Shown in pieces: positions 27,664 to 37,372 of a stretch of 64,000 nucleotides of DNA. The position numbers were made by a program, and so were the translations under genes. Numbering within the stretch: position 1 is the first letter of the stretch; every line of letters begins with the position of its first letter. Source of the stretch: an uncultured Candidatus Saccharibacteria bacterium. GTDB lineage: Bacteria; Patescibacteriota; JABMPQ01; JAQVVF01. The DNA is taken from contig CAZNOH010000001.1 in the NCBI GenBank assembly GCA_964574655.1, positions 137,852 through 201,851 on the forward strand, written 5' to 3'. The notes beneath the pieces are model-generated. The model had not been told where the DNA came from, did no database searches, and saw only the letters and a program-made list of their open reading frames with translations.

Positions 27664-30600
27664 ATGAAATATGACTTTAAGAAAATTGAACGCAAGTGGC
27701 AGTTAAAATGGGATAAGGAAAAGCTTTATCAAGTTGATGTAAAAAATTCTGCAAAGCCTTTTTATAATTTGATGATGTTTCCATACCCATCAGCAGAAGG
27801 TTTGCATGTTGGAAATATGTATGCTTTTACTGGTTCTGATATTTATGGAAGGTATCAAAGATTAAAAGGTAATGATGTTTTTGAGCCAATTGGTTTGGAT
27901 GGTTTTGGTATTCATTCAGAAAATTTTGCAATTAAAAATAAGATTCATCCAGCAAAAATGGCTTTAAAAACGCAAAAAAGATTTTATGAACAATTGCACA
28001 TGATTGGAAATGCGTATGACTGGCCAAAAACTTTAGAAACTTATGATCCAGAATATTATAAATGGACGCAATGGCTATTTTTGCAAATGTACAAAAAAGG
28101 ATTGGCTTATAAAAAGAAGGCAGCGGTGAATTGGTGTCCTTCATGTATGACTGTTTTGTCTGATGAACAAGTTATAAAAAAGTCAAAAGTCAAAAGTCAA
28201 AAGTCAAAAGTTCAAGTAAAAAATCAAAAGGAATCGAACGAACAAATCGATGTTTGCGAACGTTGTGGGACAGAAGTTATCAAGAAAGAAATGAGCCAAT
28301 GGTTTTTTAAGATTACTGATTATGCTGAAAAATTATTAAAGAATATTGATAAAATAGATTGGACAGAAAAGACAAAATTAGCGCAAAAAAATTGGATTGG
28401 AAGAAGCGAAGGCATAGAAATTAATTATCTAATAAACAGTAAATGCAATTTTGTTTTGCTACATGGCTATACTGGTAGTTCGAAGGATGATTTTTTTCCT
28501 TGGCTAAAAGAAAAATTAGAAAAGCAAGGATGTGACGTTTTTGCGCCAGATTTGCCGAATACAAAAGATCCAAATGAAGATGAGCAGGTTGATTTTGTTT
28601 TAAAAAATGCAAAGTTTGATGAAAATACTATTTTGCTAGGTCATTCATTAGGTGCTGTTGTTGCAATGAAAGTTATGGAAAAATTAGATAATAAAATTGC
28701 GGGTTTGGTTTTGGTTGGTGGTTTTGTCGAGCCAGAATTTAAAGATCATTCAAGATCTTTTACTGATAAATTCAATTGGAAATTTGATTTCGTGAAGATA
28801 AAAAATAGTGCAGATATCATAAATGTTATTAGTGATATAAATGATCATATCATTCCTTTAGAACAAGGTAAGTTATTGAGAGATAAATTGAGTGCAAATT
28901 TGACTGAAACTGTTGCTGAAAAAAATCATTTCAACAATGTCGAAGCCAAAAGTGTTTGGGAAAGTATCTTTCCTGAAATTAAAGTTTTTACAACTAGACC
29001 TGATACAAATTTTGGAGCAACATTTGTTGTTTTGACGCCCGAAAATAAAATCTTAAGCTCTATAACAACTAGTGATCATAAAAGAGAAGTTGATGATTAT
29101 GTTAAAAAATCATTAGAAAAAGGTGAACAAAACAGAATTGAAGAGGGACGAGAAAAAACAGGAGTTTCTACTGGAGCTTATTGTATTAATAGTTTGACAG
29201 GAAAGAAAATGCCGATTTGGGTGTCTGATTTTGTTTTGGGAAATGTAGGTACCGGTGCAGTGGTTGGAGTGCCAGGTCATGATATCAGAGATTTTGAGTT
29301 TGCTAAGAAATTTGAATTGCCAATTATTCGAGTTGTTGTTGGCAAAGATAATGATGTTTCTGAAATTATAGAAGCAAAACAAGTGCAAGAAGAAGAGGGA
29401 AAAATGATTAATTCTGATTTTTTGAATGGTTTAGATATTCATGACGCGACTAAAAAAATTATGGATTATTTGGAAGAGAAAGGCTGGGGTAAAAAAGTTG
29501 TGAATTACAAATTACGTGATTGGTGTATTTCTAGACAAAGATTTTGGGGACCGCCAATTCCAATTGTTTATTGTGATAATTGCAAAAAAAACATTGAAGA
29601 AAAATCTTTTGAATTAAGATTTCGTGATAAAAATAGTTTTGCTGATTTAAAAAGTGGTTTAAAGACAGTTGAATCAAGAGCTTTAAATCCAGAAGAAAAA
29701 GACAGATATTTTGGAAATTTGAAAATTGGTGATTATATTAAGGCTTTGTCAAAGATAACCGGAGAAAAATTATATTTTGAAATTACGAAGATTTATAATT
29801 TTAAAAATCTTAATGAATTATTTGAAGAAAAAGAATTATTGACAAAGATATTGCCGAACAAAACAATTAATTCAGTAAATGATTTAGAAAAATTATATGT
29901 TTTTAATGATGAATATTTGGCAAAAATAAATGAGAATGGTTTAATTGCTTGGGAAATTAAAAATGTTGAGCCTGGAGTTTTAGCTGTTCCTGAAAAAGAT
30001 TTGCCAGTGATGTTGCCAAAGACTGATGATTACTTGCCTGACGGAACTGATCGATCTCCTCTTGCTCGAAATTCCGAATTTGTTAATACAAAATGTCCAA
30101 AGTGTGGAGGAGATGCAAAAAGAGAAACTGATGTGTCAGATACATTTTTGGATTCATCTTGGTATTTTTTGAGATATCCAAGTGTTGATATAAAAGATCA
30201 GCCTTTTGATAAAGATATTACAAAAAAATGGTTGCCAGTTGATATGTATATTGGCGGACATGAACATGCTGTACTTCATTTGCTTTATACAAGATTTGTA
30301 ACAATGGTTTTGCATGATTTAGGGATGATAGATTTTGAAGAGCCTTTTAAAAAATTCAGAGCGCATGGTTTGATTATTAAAGATGGTGCAAAGATGTCAA
30401 AATCAAAAGGCAATGTTGTAAATCCAGATATATATATTGAGAGATATGGTGCTGATGTATTGAGAACATATTTAATGTTTATTGGGCCGTTGAAGCAAGG
30501 TGGTGATTTTCGAGATGAGGGAGTGGTTGGTATAGAAAGGTTTTTTGGTCGCTTATATTATTTAGTTAACGAATTTATAAAGAGTCCCAGCCTAAAGGCT

Positions 30601-31116
30601 GGGCTACAAGATGGATTTGTAATTGAGAGAAATAAACTGATTAAAAAGGCAACTCATGATATTGAGGAATTGGATTATAATACGATCATTGCTTCTTTGA
30701 TGGAATTTTTGAATTTGTTAGATAAAAATAAAGAGAAAGTTGCAAAAATTGATTTGGAAACGTTAATTATTATTTTGTCTTCTTTTGCGCCTCATTTTTG
30801 TGAAGAAATGTGGTCCACCTTCGCCTCAGTTCCTTCGGCTACGGCGGATAAAAGAGATTTGGATAAATATAAGCAATCAGTTTTTAGGCAGAAATGGCCG
30901 GAATTTGATGAAAGTAAAATGAAAGAAGAAAAAGTAAAATTAATTATTCAGGTAAATGGCAAAGTGAGAGATTTCGTGGAAGTCGAGATCGATATCTCTG
31001 AAAGTAAGGCGAGTGAATTAGTACAAAAACGAGAAAAAATTATGAAATTTATTGTTGGAAAAAAGATCAAGAAAATGATATTTGTAAAAGGCAGATTGAT
31101 AAATATCGTGTTATAA
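27664..31116 (+). CDS. leuS: Leucine--tRNA ligase with inserted alpha/beta-hydrolase and ASCH-like domains
   Basis: MFPYPSAEGLHVGN, FTTRPDT, DWCISRQRFWG, KMSKSKGN; inserts at about 28438-28970 and 29590-29965. Confidence 0.97.
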   Translation: MKYDFKKIERKWQLKWDKEKLYQVDVKNSAKPFYNLMMFPYPSAEGLHVGNMYAFTGSDIYGRYQRLKGNDVFEPIGLDGFGIHSENFAIKNKIHPAKMALKTQKRFYEQLHMIGNAYDWPKTLETYDPEYYKWTQWLFLQMYKKGLAYKKKAAVNWCPSCMTVLSDEQVIKKSKVKSQKSKVQVKNQKESNEQIDVCERCGTEVIKKEMSQWFFKITDYAEKLLKNIDKIDWTEKTKLAQKNWIGRSEGIEINYLINSKCNFVLLHGYTGSSKDDFFPWLKEKLEKQGCDVFAPDLPNTKDPNEDEQVDFVLKNAKFDENTILLGHSLGAVVAMKVMEKLDNKIAGLVLVGGFVEPEFKDHSRSFTDKFNWKFDFVKIKNSADIINVISDINDHIIPLEQGKLLRDKLSANLTETVAEKNHFNNVEAKSVWESIFPEIKVFTTRPDTNFGATFVVLTPENKILSSITTSDHKREVDDYVKKSLEKGEQNRIEEGREKTGVSTGAYCINSLTGKKMPIWVSDFVLGNVGTGAVVGVPGHDIRDFEFAKKFELPIIRVVVGKDNDVSEIIEAKQVQEEEGKMINSDFLNGLDIHDATKKIMDYLEEKGWGKKVVNYKLRDWCISRQRFWGPPIPIVYCDNCKKNIEEKSFELRFRDKNSFADLKSGLKTVESRALNPEEKDRYFGNLKIGDYIKALSKITGEKLYFEITKIYNFKNLNELFEEKELLTKILPNKTINSVNDLEKLYVFNDEYLAKINENGLIAWEIKNVEPGVLAVPEKDLPVMLPKTDDYLPDGTDRSPLARNSEFVNTKCPKCGGDAKRETDVSDTFLDSSWYFLRYPSVDIKDQPFDKDITKKWLPVDMYIGGHEHAVLHLLYTRFVTMVLHDLGMIDFEEPFKKFRAHGLIIKDGAKMSKSKGNVVNPDIYIERYGADVLRTYLMFIGPLKQGGDFRDEGVVGIERFFGRLYYLVNEFIKSPSLKAGLQDGFVIERNKLIKKATHDIEELDYNTIIASLMEFLNLLDKNKEKVAKIDLETLIIILSSFAPHFCEEMWSTFASVPSATADKRDLDKYKQSVFRQKWPEFDESKMKEEKVKLIIQVNGKVRDFVEVEIDISESKASELVQKREKIMKFIVGKKIKKMIFVKGRLINIVL
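30586..30607 (-). repeat. GTAG-type REP palindrome in frame in leuS (PSLKAGL)
   Basis: Minus strand reads gtagcccagcctttaggctggg. Confidence 0.65.
30814..30852 (+). repeat. Family-A element in frame in leuS (STFASVPSATADK)
   Basis: tccaccttcgcctcagttccttcggctacggcggataaa, 39 nt, directly after the conserved EEMW. Confidence 0.8.
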
Positions 31117-31161
31117 CACACTAATGTGACGCTAATAACACTAATTAACACTAATAAAAAA

Positions 31162-31195
31162 TCCGCCTTCGTTCTGCTGAACTTCGGCGGACAAA
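31162..31195 (+). repeat. Family-A element after an ACTAAT tandem tract
   Basis: tccgccttcgttctgctgaacttcggcggacaaa. Confidence 0.8.
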
Positions 31196-31235
31196 GAAAA
31201 AAGTCCAATGTGAGTTGGACTTTTGTATGAATGAG

Positions 31236-31916
31236 CTATTTTCTTTTGTGCGATCTTTTTGCTTTTTGCTGTGATTTAGTGAGCAATAGATATTTTAACC
31301 AGCCGATAATGATTGAGATTCCTATTTCGTTAAAGATGCCCTTGTTTGGAATAGTTATGTCGGCATGGAGTTCTGTTGGTTTGAAATGAATGATGTAGGC
31401 TTCTCGAACTTGATGCCATTGAGTACGAACTGATCCATCGGTTCTGCCACGGCCGCCTTCTTCGATTGACCTTACATCTCTTTCTTGTCGGCGGATAAGA
31501 CAGGTGTCCAGATCAGCGTCAACGAAGAATTTGTAATCAGCAAGTTTTCTTAGCACTTCATGCCATAGTGCCATATGGCTGTTTAGAATAACAATTGGTT
31601 TTGGTTTGGCTGTTCTTTCTCGACCAGGAATTCTGGTATGTGTGGCAAAGTCATATTTGGGGATGGTTGCTTCCTTGCCTTCTTTGAGACACATTACTGC
31701 GTGTAAAATTGCGAACCAGTCTAAAGAATTAGGATTGTCAAAATCTACCTTATGACGTTCTTCTATTGGAATATCACCCAAATCTTTGTAAAACATATCA
31801 AGTTCTATATGTTCAACATTCTCTTTACCAATTTCCCCGACGATTCTATTGGCAACTTCATTTTTTCCAGAGCCACTTGCACCAGCTAGTAAAATAATTA
31901 TTGGTTTGATTGCCAC
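31236..31916 (-). CDS. udk: Uridine kinase
   Basis: AGASGSGK, DMFYKD, DFDNPNSLD, PKYDFATHTR, RRQERDV..GR; AAGGAGG SD with GTG start. Confidence 0.88.
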   Translation of the reverse strand: MAIKPIIILLAGASGSGKNEVANRIVGEIGKENVEHIELDMFYKDLGDIPIEERHKVDFDNPNSLDWFAILHAVMCLKEGKEATIPKYDFATHTRIPGRERTAKPKPIVILNSHMALWHEVLRKLADYKFFVDADLDTCLIRRQERDVRSIEEGGRGRTDGSVRTQWHQVREAYIIHFKPTELHADITIPNKGIFNEIGISIIIGWLKYLLLTKSQQKAKRSHKRK

Positions 31917-32047
31917 TTTTTCCTCCTTTGTGAGAGTGCGAGAAAAGTCTTGTTTAAATCATATTAAGATATTAGAATAGTTCGTCAAGAGGAATCGCTG
32001 ATTTTACGCTGATTCTGACGCTGAAAAACGCTGATAACTTTTTTTAT

Positions 32048-32848
32048 ATGCGAAAAGCGTTAAAAATTGTATTTGTTATTTTAATTTTGGCTATATTATT
32101 AGCCTTGGATTTGTTGTTGGTTAGAATGTTTCAGCCTCGTGAATTATTGATAACAAAAGAATCACTAGTTTTGGAAAATAATAATCAAGCTGTTTTAGAA
32201 AATGTTGAGAAAGTTGTGAAACAAAAGCCAGTTAAGAAAGAAGTTGTTATTCCAGCAAGTTGTGATTTAGAAGTGCCATTTACTTGTCAGTCTCCTTATC
32301 AAAACTGGAATATGCCATGGCAGGAGGCTTGTGAAGAGGCATCTTTGATAATGCTTGATCATTATTTGAAAGACGAATATTTGAATTTAGAAATTCCTAA
32401 AGATGTTGCGAATCAAGAAATATTAGATATGGTTGATTGGCAATTAGCTAATTGGGGTGGACATTTTGATTTGAAAGCAGAAGATATTGCCAGATTAGCA
32501 AAAGAGTATTATGGTTATAAGAATGTTGAAGTTAAGTATGATATTACAATTGATGATATTAAAAAAGAATTGGCACAAGGAAATGCGGTGCTAGTGCCAA
32601 CTGCTGGGCAAATGTTAGCTAATCCTCATTTTACTGCGCCTGGACCTGTTTATCATAATTTGGTTATTGTTGGTTTTGATGAGAATGGATTTATTACAAA
32701 TGATCCTGGAGTGTGGCAAGGATTTAAATTCAGATATACTTTTGATAATTTGTATAATGCAATTCATGATTTTGTTGAAGGAACAACTAAATCAAATCCA
32801 GATCCGATTTTGAATGGCAGGAAAGCGATGATAGTTATAAAGTTGTAA
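32048..32848 (+). CDS. Membrane-anchored C39-like peptidase
   Basis: VPFTCQSP...EACEEAS (Cys), YHNLVIVG (His), ITNDPG (Asp). Confidence 0.82.
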   Translation: MRKALKIVFVILILAILLALDLLLVRMFQPRELLITKESLVLENNNQAVLENVEKVVKQKPVKKEVVIPASCDLEVPFTCQSPYQNWNMPWQEACEEASLIMLDHYLKDEYLNLEIPKDVANQEILDMVDWQLANWGGHFDLKAEDIARLAKEYYGYKNVEVKYDITIDDIKKELAQGNAVLVPTAGQMLANPHFTAPGPVYHNLVIVGFDENGFITNDPGVWQGFKFRYTFDNLYNAIHDFVEGTTKSNPDPILNGRKAMIVIKL

Positions 32849-32858
32849 AGTTCTTAAA

Positions 32859-32879
32859 GCCTGCCTGCCGGTAGGCAGG
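32859..32879 (+). repeat. CCTGCC-GGTA-GGCAGG palindrome inside an AAAGTT tandem tract
   Basis: gcctgcctgccggtaggcagg; second copy at about 33906-33926. Confidence 0.8.
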
Positions 32880-32966
32880 TTATAAAGTAAAAAAGATATT
32901 AAGATATTGTACTTTGAAAATTGAACCTGTCTGAGTTTGGACAGGCAAGAAAAGGAGGAGACGGGA

Positions 32967-33491
32967 ATGGCTGAAAAAAGGGAAGGAATGATTTTTGTAT
33001 GCAAGGCAATGCCTTTGTATTTCATAATTGTTGCCGACTATATTAGTCGTATTTTCACGTATGAAAGGCAAAGGTATACTGGATTTTTACAAGAATCAAA
33101 AGATTTGTTGTGGCATTTTAATCTGAAGAGTGGTTTGATGTACGTGTCGGATGAAAAGATGTATGAATTTTATCTTCCTGATACTGAAGTTGGAAAAGCG
33201 GCAAGAAGATTGTTTGAAATGATTCTTCTAGAATTACAAGTACAACTAGGCTTGATGATCAGTCAGGTTCAGAGTGTCCAGACAGAAAGAAAAACGGGAA
33301 TGGCTGAAAAAGATCATCAGCGTAAAAGTGAATGTCGAAGTGCTAAACCGAGAATTGGGAAGTGCAAATGGGTAAAAGATGGGAATGCTTGTGATTCTTG
33401 TCCTTATGATAGTACTTGTCTTAGGCTTTCATACTGTAGAGATGTGGGAAATAGTGATGATTGCAAGTCTTGTCCTTTGGAAAGTTTATAA
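32967..33491 (+). CDS. Hypothetical protein, apparent fusion of two small ORFs (second half Cys-rich)
   Basis: AAGGAGG SD before ATG 32967; the leader/start ACGGGAATGGCTGAAAAA recurs in frame at 33294-33311. Confidence 0.55.
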   Translation: MAEKREGMIFVCKAMPLYFIIVADYISRIFTYERQRYTGFLQESKDLLWHFNLKSGLMYVSDEKMYEFYLPDTEVGKAARRLFEMILLELQVQLGLMISQVQSVQTERKTGMAEKDHQRKSECRSAKPRIGKCKWVKDGNACDSCPYDSTCLRLSYCRDVGNSDDCKSCPLESL

Positions 33492-33539
33492 GGTTTATGT
33501 TTGAGTTTTGACCTGAACAGGGAAAAGGAGGAGACGAGA

Positions 33540-33806
33540 ATGGTTAAAAGAGATCCGATTGTAATTGAATTCCATTATACTTTAGCACATTCTTTGTTGG
33601 AAATTGTTAAGGAAACTTTGAGCAACGATAGTCCATTAATTGGCAGGCTTGTTGTAGCGATTGGGAATAATGCAAGAGGAAAGGGTGAGATAGCTTGTGT
33701 TAAGTTTTCCAATGACAGGGAAGGTAGAAAAGAATTGGAAGATTTTAAAAAAGTTTCTCAGCTTTTGGAGGAAAGAGTTAAGGAGTTCTTTGGATATTTG
33801 GCCTAG
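33540..33806 (+). CDS. Hypothetical protein
   Basis: AAGGAGG SD before ATG 33540; followed by terminator agccagtt...aactggtt-T run. Confidence 0.6.
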   Translation: MVKRDPIVIEFHYTLAHSLLEIVKETLSNDSPLIGRLVVAIGNNARGKGEIACVKFSNDREGRKELEDFKKVSQLLEERVKEFFGYLA

Positions 33807-33896
33807 CCAGTTTTTATAACTGGTTTTTTTATGTCTTGAAGTTGTCTTTAAAATATATTAAAATAATATAACTAGTAGTTTAATTTTATTACTTTT

Positions 33897-33946
33897 CCAC
33901 CCTACGTCTGCCTGCCGGTAGGCAGGGGTGGTCACCCGAAGGGTGA
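33897..33946 (+). repeat. Compound nested palindromes upstream of glmS
   Basis: ccaccctac[gtctgcctgccggtaggcag]gggtgg followed by tcacccgaagggtga. Confidence 0.7.
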
Positions 33947-33959
33947 TAACTTTTAACTT

Positions 33960-35777
33960 ATGTGTGGAATTATAGCTTATATAGGAGATAAAAAAGTAGC
34001 GCCGATTTTGGTTGATGGTTTGAAAAAATTAGAATATCGTGGATATGATTCTTGGGGTTTGGCAACTATCAGTGATGGTAAAATTAATTTTGTAAAAAGT
34101 GTCGGTAGAATTGGCGATAATTTAGAAATGACAAATCTTTCAGGAACAATTGGCATGGGCCATACAAGATGGGCAACTCATGGAGGAGTAACAGATCAAA
34201 ATGCTCATCCACATCTTGATTGTGAAGGAAAAATTGCGGTAATTCATAATGGCATTATTGAAAATTTTGCCAAGCTAAAAGAGCAATTAATTAGTGAAGG
34301 CCATAAATTTAGGTCAGAAACTGATACTGAAGTTTTGGCTCATTTGATTGAAAAATATTATGAAGGAAATTTAAAAGAAGCAGTAAGACGTGCATTGCTA
34401 TGCGTTGATGGAACATATGGAATTGTGGTTATTTCGTCGCTAGAGCCTGATAGAATTGTGGCTGCTCGTCATGGCAGTCCATTAGTTGTTGGAGTTGGCG
34501 AGGGCGAAAATTATTTTGCATCTGATGCAACAGCTTTGATTCCTTACACAAAGAAAGTAGTATATATAGAAGAAAACGAAATCGTGGAAATTACAAAAGA
34601 AGGTTTCTACACTATAACAATTGATGATAAAAAAGTTGATTCGAAAATACATGAAATTGATTGGCAAGCTGATTTGGCGGAAAAAAAAGGATTTAATCAT
34701 TTCATGTTGAAAGAAATCTTTGAACAGCCAAAAATAATGGAGAATGCGCTTGCTGGCAGAGTAGTGTCTTCAGAGGGTGTTGCGCATTTGGGAGGCTTAA
34801 ATTTAACCACAGCCGAATTATTGAAAGTTAAAAGAATTGTTTTTATTGCTTGTGGTACTGCTTTGCATGCTGGATTGGTTGGAAAATATATGATAGAGGA
34901 ATGTGCTTCTATTCCTTGTGAAGTAGAATGCGCTTCAGAATTGCGTTACAAAAGAATTTTGTTAGATAAAGATACTTTGGTTTTTGTTATCTCGCAATCT
35001 GGTGAAACAGCTGACACAATTGCAGCAATGAGAGAAATTCAGCGAAAGGGAATCAAAGTTTTGGGAATTTCTAATGTTGTTGGATCAACAATTGCTCGCG
35101 AAACTGATGGCGGAGTTTTTGTTCATGCTGGACCAGAAATTGGAGTTGCTTCAACTAAAGCTTTTTTGGCACAAATTACAGTATTATCAATTTTGGCATT
35201 GGAATTTGGTAGAGTGAGAAATTTGTCTTTCATGGAAGGAAAAAATATTGCTGAAGAGATTAAAAAGATTCCGGAAAAAATTAAGAAGATTCTTGAACAA
35301 AATGACAAGATAAAAAATTTGGCAGAAAAATATCGAGATTATAAAAATTTCTTATATCTTGGCAGAAGATTTAATTATCCTCTAGCCTTAGAAGGCGCTT
35401 TGAAGATGAAAGAAATTTCTTATGTTCATGCCGAAGGTTATTCAGCTGGCGAGATGAAACATGGCGCAATTGCAATGATTGATGAAAATTTTCCATGTGT
35501 TTTTATTGCTCCGAAAGATAGTGTTTATGATAAAACAGTTAGTAATATGCAGGAAATTAAGGCAAGAAATGGTAAAATTATTGCAGTGACAACAGAAGAA
35601 AATTATGAAATTGAAAAATATACTGATGATGTAATTTATATTCCAGAAACTTTGGAAATGCTAGAGCCGTTGTTGACTATTATTCCAATGCAACTATTGG
35701 CATATCATATGGCAGAAATCAAAGGTTTGGATGTGGATAAACCGAGGAATTTGGCGAAGTCTGTAACTGTTGAATAA
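33960..35777 (+). CDS. glmS: Glutamine--fructose-6-phosphate aminotransferase
   Basis: MCGI, LEYRGYDS, GHTRWATHG, SQSGETADT, PRNLAKSVTVE. Confidence 0.98.
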   Translation: MCGIIAYIGDKKVAPILVDGLKKLEYRGYDSWGLATISDGKINFVKSVGRIGDNLEMTNLSGTIGMGHTRWATHGGVTDQNAHPHLDCEGKIAVIHNGIIENFAKLKEQLISEGHKFRSETDTEVLAHLIEKYYEGNLKEAVRRALLCVDGTYGIVVISSLEPDRIVAARHGSPLVVGVGEGENYFASDATALIPYTKKVVYIEENEIVEITKEGFYTITIDDKKVDSKIHEIDWQADLAEKKGFNHFMLKEIFEQPKIMENALAGRVVSSEGVAHLGGLNLTTAELLKVKRIVFIACGTALHAGLVGKYMIEECASIPCEVECASELRYKRILLDKDTLVFVISQSGETADTIAAMREIQRKGIKVLGISNVVGSTIARETDGGVFVHAGPEIGVASTKAFLAQITVLSILALEFGRVRNLSFMEGKNIAEEIKKIPEKIKKILEQNDKIKNLAEKYRDYKNFLYLGRRFNYPLALEGALKMKEISYVHAEGYSAGEMKHGAIAMIDENFPCVFIAPKDSVYDKTVSNMQEIKARNGKIIAVTTEENYEIEKYTDDVIYIPETLEMLEPLLTIIPMQLLAYHMAEIKGLDVDKPRNLAKSVTVE

Positions 35778-35845
35778 TTTCTCTAATATAATCTCTAATA
35801 CGTCGAATACGATCTCTAATAATAAAAAAACCTCGGATGAGGTTG

Positions 35846-36343
35846 TTAGAAGGAACGTTTTAATATTTCTCTTCTGAGAATGTTTGCTAGTCTGTCATAA
35901 TGTCGAAATTTGGCTAGCACTTCTGCATGTTGTTTTACTTTTTGAAAAAGATGCGTGTATGTTCTTGTTTCTATTGTATATGTTACATCGAGAACATTTT
36001 GCAAACTTCTTGGAATTATCATCTGGAATTCTTCGGGTCTATCTTTAGAGAGCATTTCAAGGAGTTTATTTTTGTCATGATCATAGTCTGTTTGACGAAT
36101 TAAAGCCTGGCATTGTTCGAGAATTTCAAGGCTTTGTTGGTTGATTGCTCGGCCTTTTAAGAAAAGTTCGTTTAGTAATGCTTTGATTATTTCGTTAGTA
36201 ACAGGATTAATTTTAGGTAATTGGTATTTAAGGTATTTAGCAATTCTTTTGACAACGAATTCCGGAATTCTTTCTATGAAAATGAGCAAGAATGCGAGAC
36301 CAACAAGACATCCAATTAGAAATCCGATGATGATGTCTTTCAT
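35846..36343 (-). CDS. Hypothetical protein with N-terminal TM
   Basis: 165 aa, GGAGG SD, antisense insertion between glmS and yvcK. Confidence 0.6.
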   Translation of the reverse strand: MKDIIIGFLIGCLVGLAFLLIFIERIPEFVVKRIAKYLKYQLPKINPVTNEIIKALLNELFLKGRAINQQSLEILEQCQALIRQTDYDHDKNKLLEMLSKDRPEEFQMIIPRSLQNVLDVTYTIETRTYTHLFQKVKQHAEVLAKFRHYDRLANILRREILKRSF

Positions 36344-36391
36344 CTTTACTTTCCCTCCGTTTTTGACATATCATACTAATATATATTATTT

Positions 36392-37372
36392 ATGCAAAAG
36401 GTCAAGAAAATTGTTTATATTGGTGGTGGTACTGGAGCAAGTGTTGTTTTGGGTGGTTTAAATAAATCTAATAATGTTCAGTTGACTGGTATTTATCCAA
36501 TTACCGATAATGGCGGGTCAACTGGCAGATTGTTGAGAGAAAACAAAGATTTATTGCCAATGGGTGATTTGAGAAAAATGTTGTTAGCTTTAATGCCTGA
36601 AAACAAAACGTGGCAGGACATATTGGATTTTCGTTTTGAAGAAAGAGAATTTAAAGGTCATAATTTGGGAAATATTATCATTGCGAATTTGCAGGAGAAA
36701 CATAACGATATCGAAATAGCAATTGAGGAGCTGAAGAAAGAGTTAAAAATTAAAGCTGATATATTTCCAGTTGCTTTGAAAAAAGCTGATTTGTGTGTTG
36801 AATTTGAAAATGGTCAAGTTATAAAGTCAGAAACTTTAATTGATGAAGCTGTTGGATTTGACGGCAAGTCAAAGATTAAAAAAGCTTGGATTGAGCCAAA
36901 AATCAAGGTTAATCCAAAGGTTGTTACTGCTATTAAAGAGGCTGATTTAATTGTAATTGGACCTGGAGATTTGTATACTTCTATTGTAGCATGTTTATGT
37001 GTACCTGGAGTTGCCAATGCTTTGAAGTCAAGCAAGGCTAAAAAAGTATATGTTTGTAATTTGATGACGAAGTTTGGACAGACGAACAATTTTAGTGTTC
37101 AGGAACATGTTGACATTGTTCAAAAATATTCTGGTTCAAAAATTGATTTTGTGTTATATAATAATGTGAGACCTGATGAAAAAGTTCTGGCTGAATATCA
37201 AAAAAGAAAGGAAAGTTATGTTGAATACTTATCTAGTGAATCAAAGCTTGGATTTATTAGTGCAGATTTATTAGGCAAGCTTAAAAAAAAGAAGAAAGGC
37301 GATGTGTTGAAGCGAAGTTTGATTCATCATGATCCAGAAAAATTGGCTAAGATATTGTTAAAATTATGTTAA
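36392..37372 (+). CDS. yvcK: YvcK/GlmR (UPF0052) family protein
   Basis: IGGGTG, DNGGSTG, GDLR, GHNLGN, IGPGDLYTS, HDPEKLA. Confidence 0.9.
   Translation: MQKVKKIVYIGGGTGASVVLGGLNKSNNVQLTGIYPITDNGGSTGRLLRENKDLLPMGDLRKMLLALMPENKTWQDILDFRFEEREFKGHNLGNIIIANLQEKHNDIEIAIEELKKELKIKADIFPVALKKADLCVEFENGQVIKSETLIDEAVGFDGKSKIKKAWIEPKIKVNPKVVTAIKEADLIVIGPGDLYTSIVACLCVPGVANALKSSKAKKVYVCNLMTKFGQTNNFSVQEHVDIVQKYSGSKIDFVLYNNVRPDEKVLAEYQKRKESYVEYLSSESKLGFISADLLGKLKKKKKGDVLKRSLIHHDPEKLAKILLKLC

Noticed and set aside
33830-33959. glmS ribozyme upstream of glmS
   Set aside because: The structured sequence consists of repeat-family palindromes found elsewhere, and I could not find the ribozyme core.
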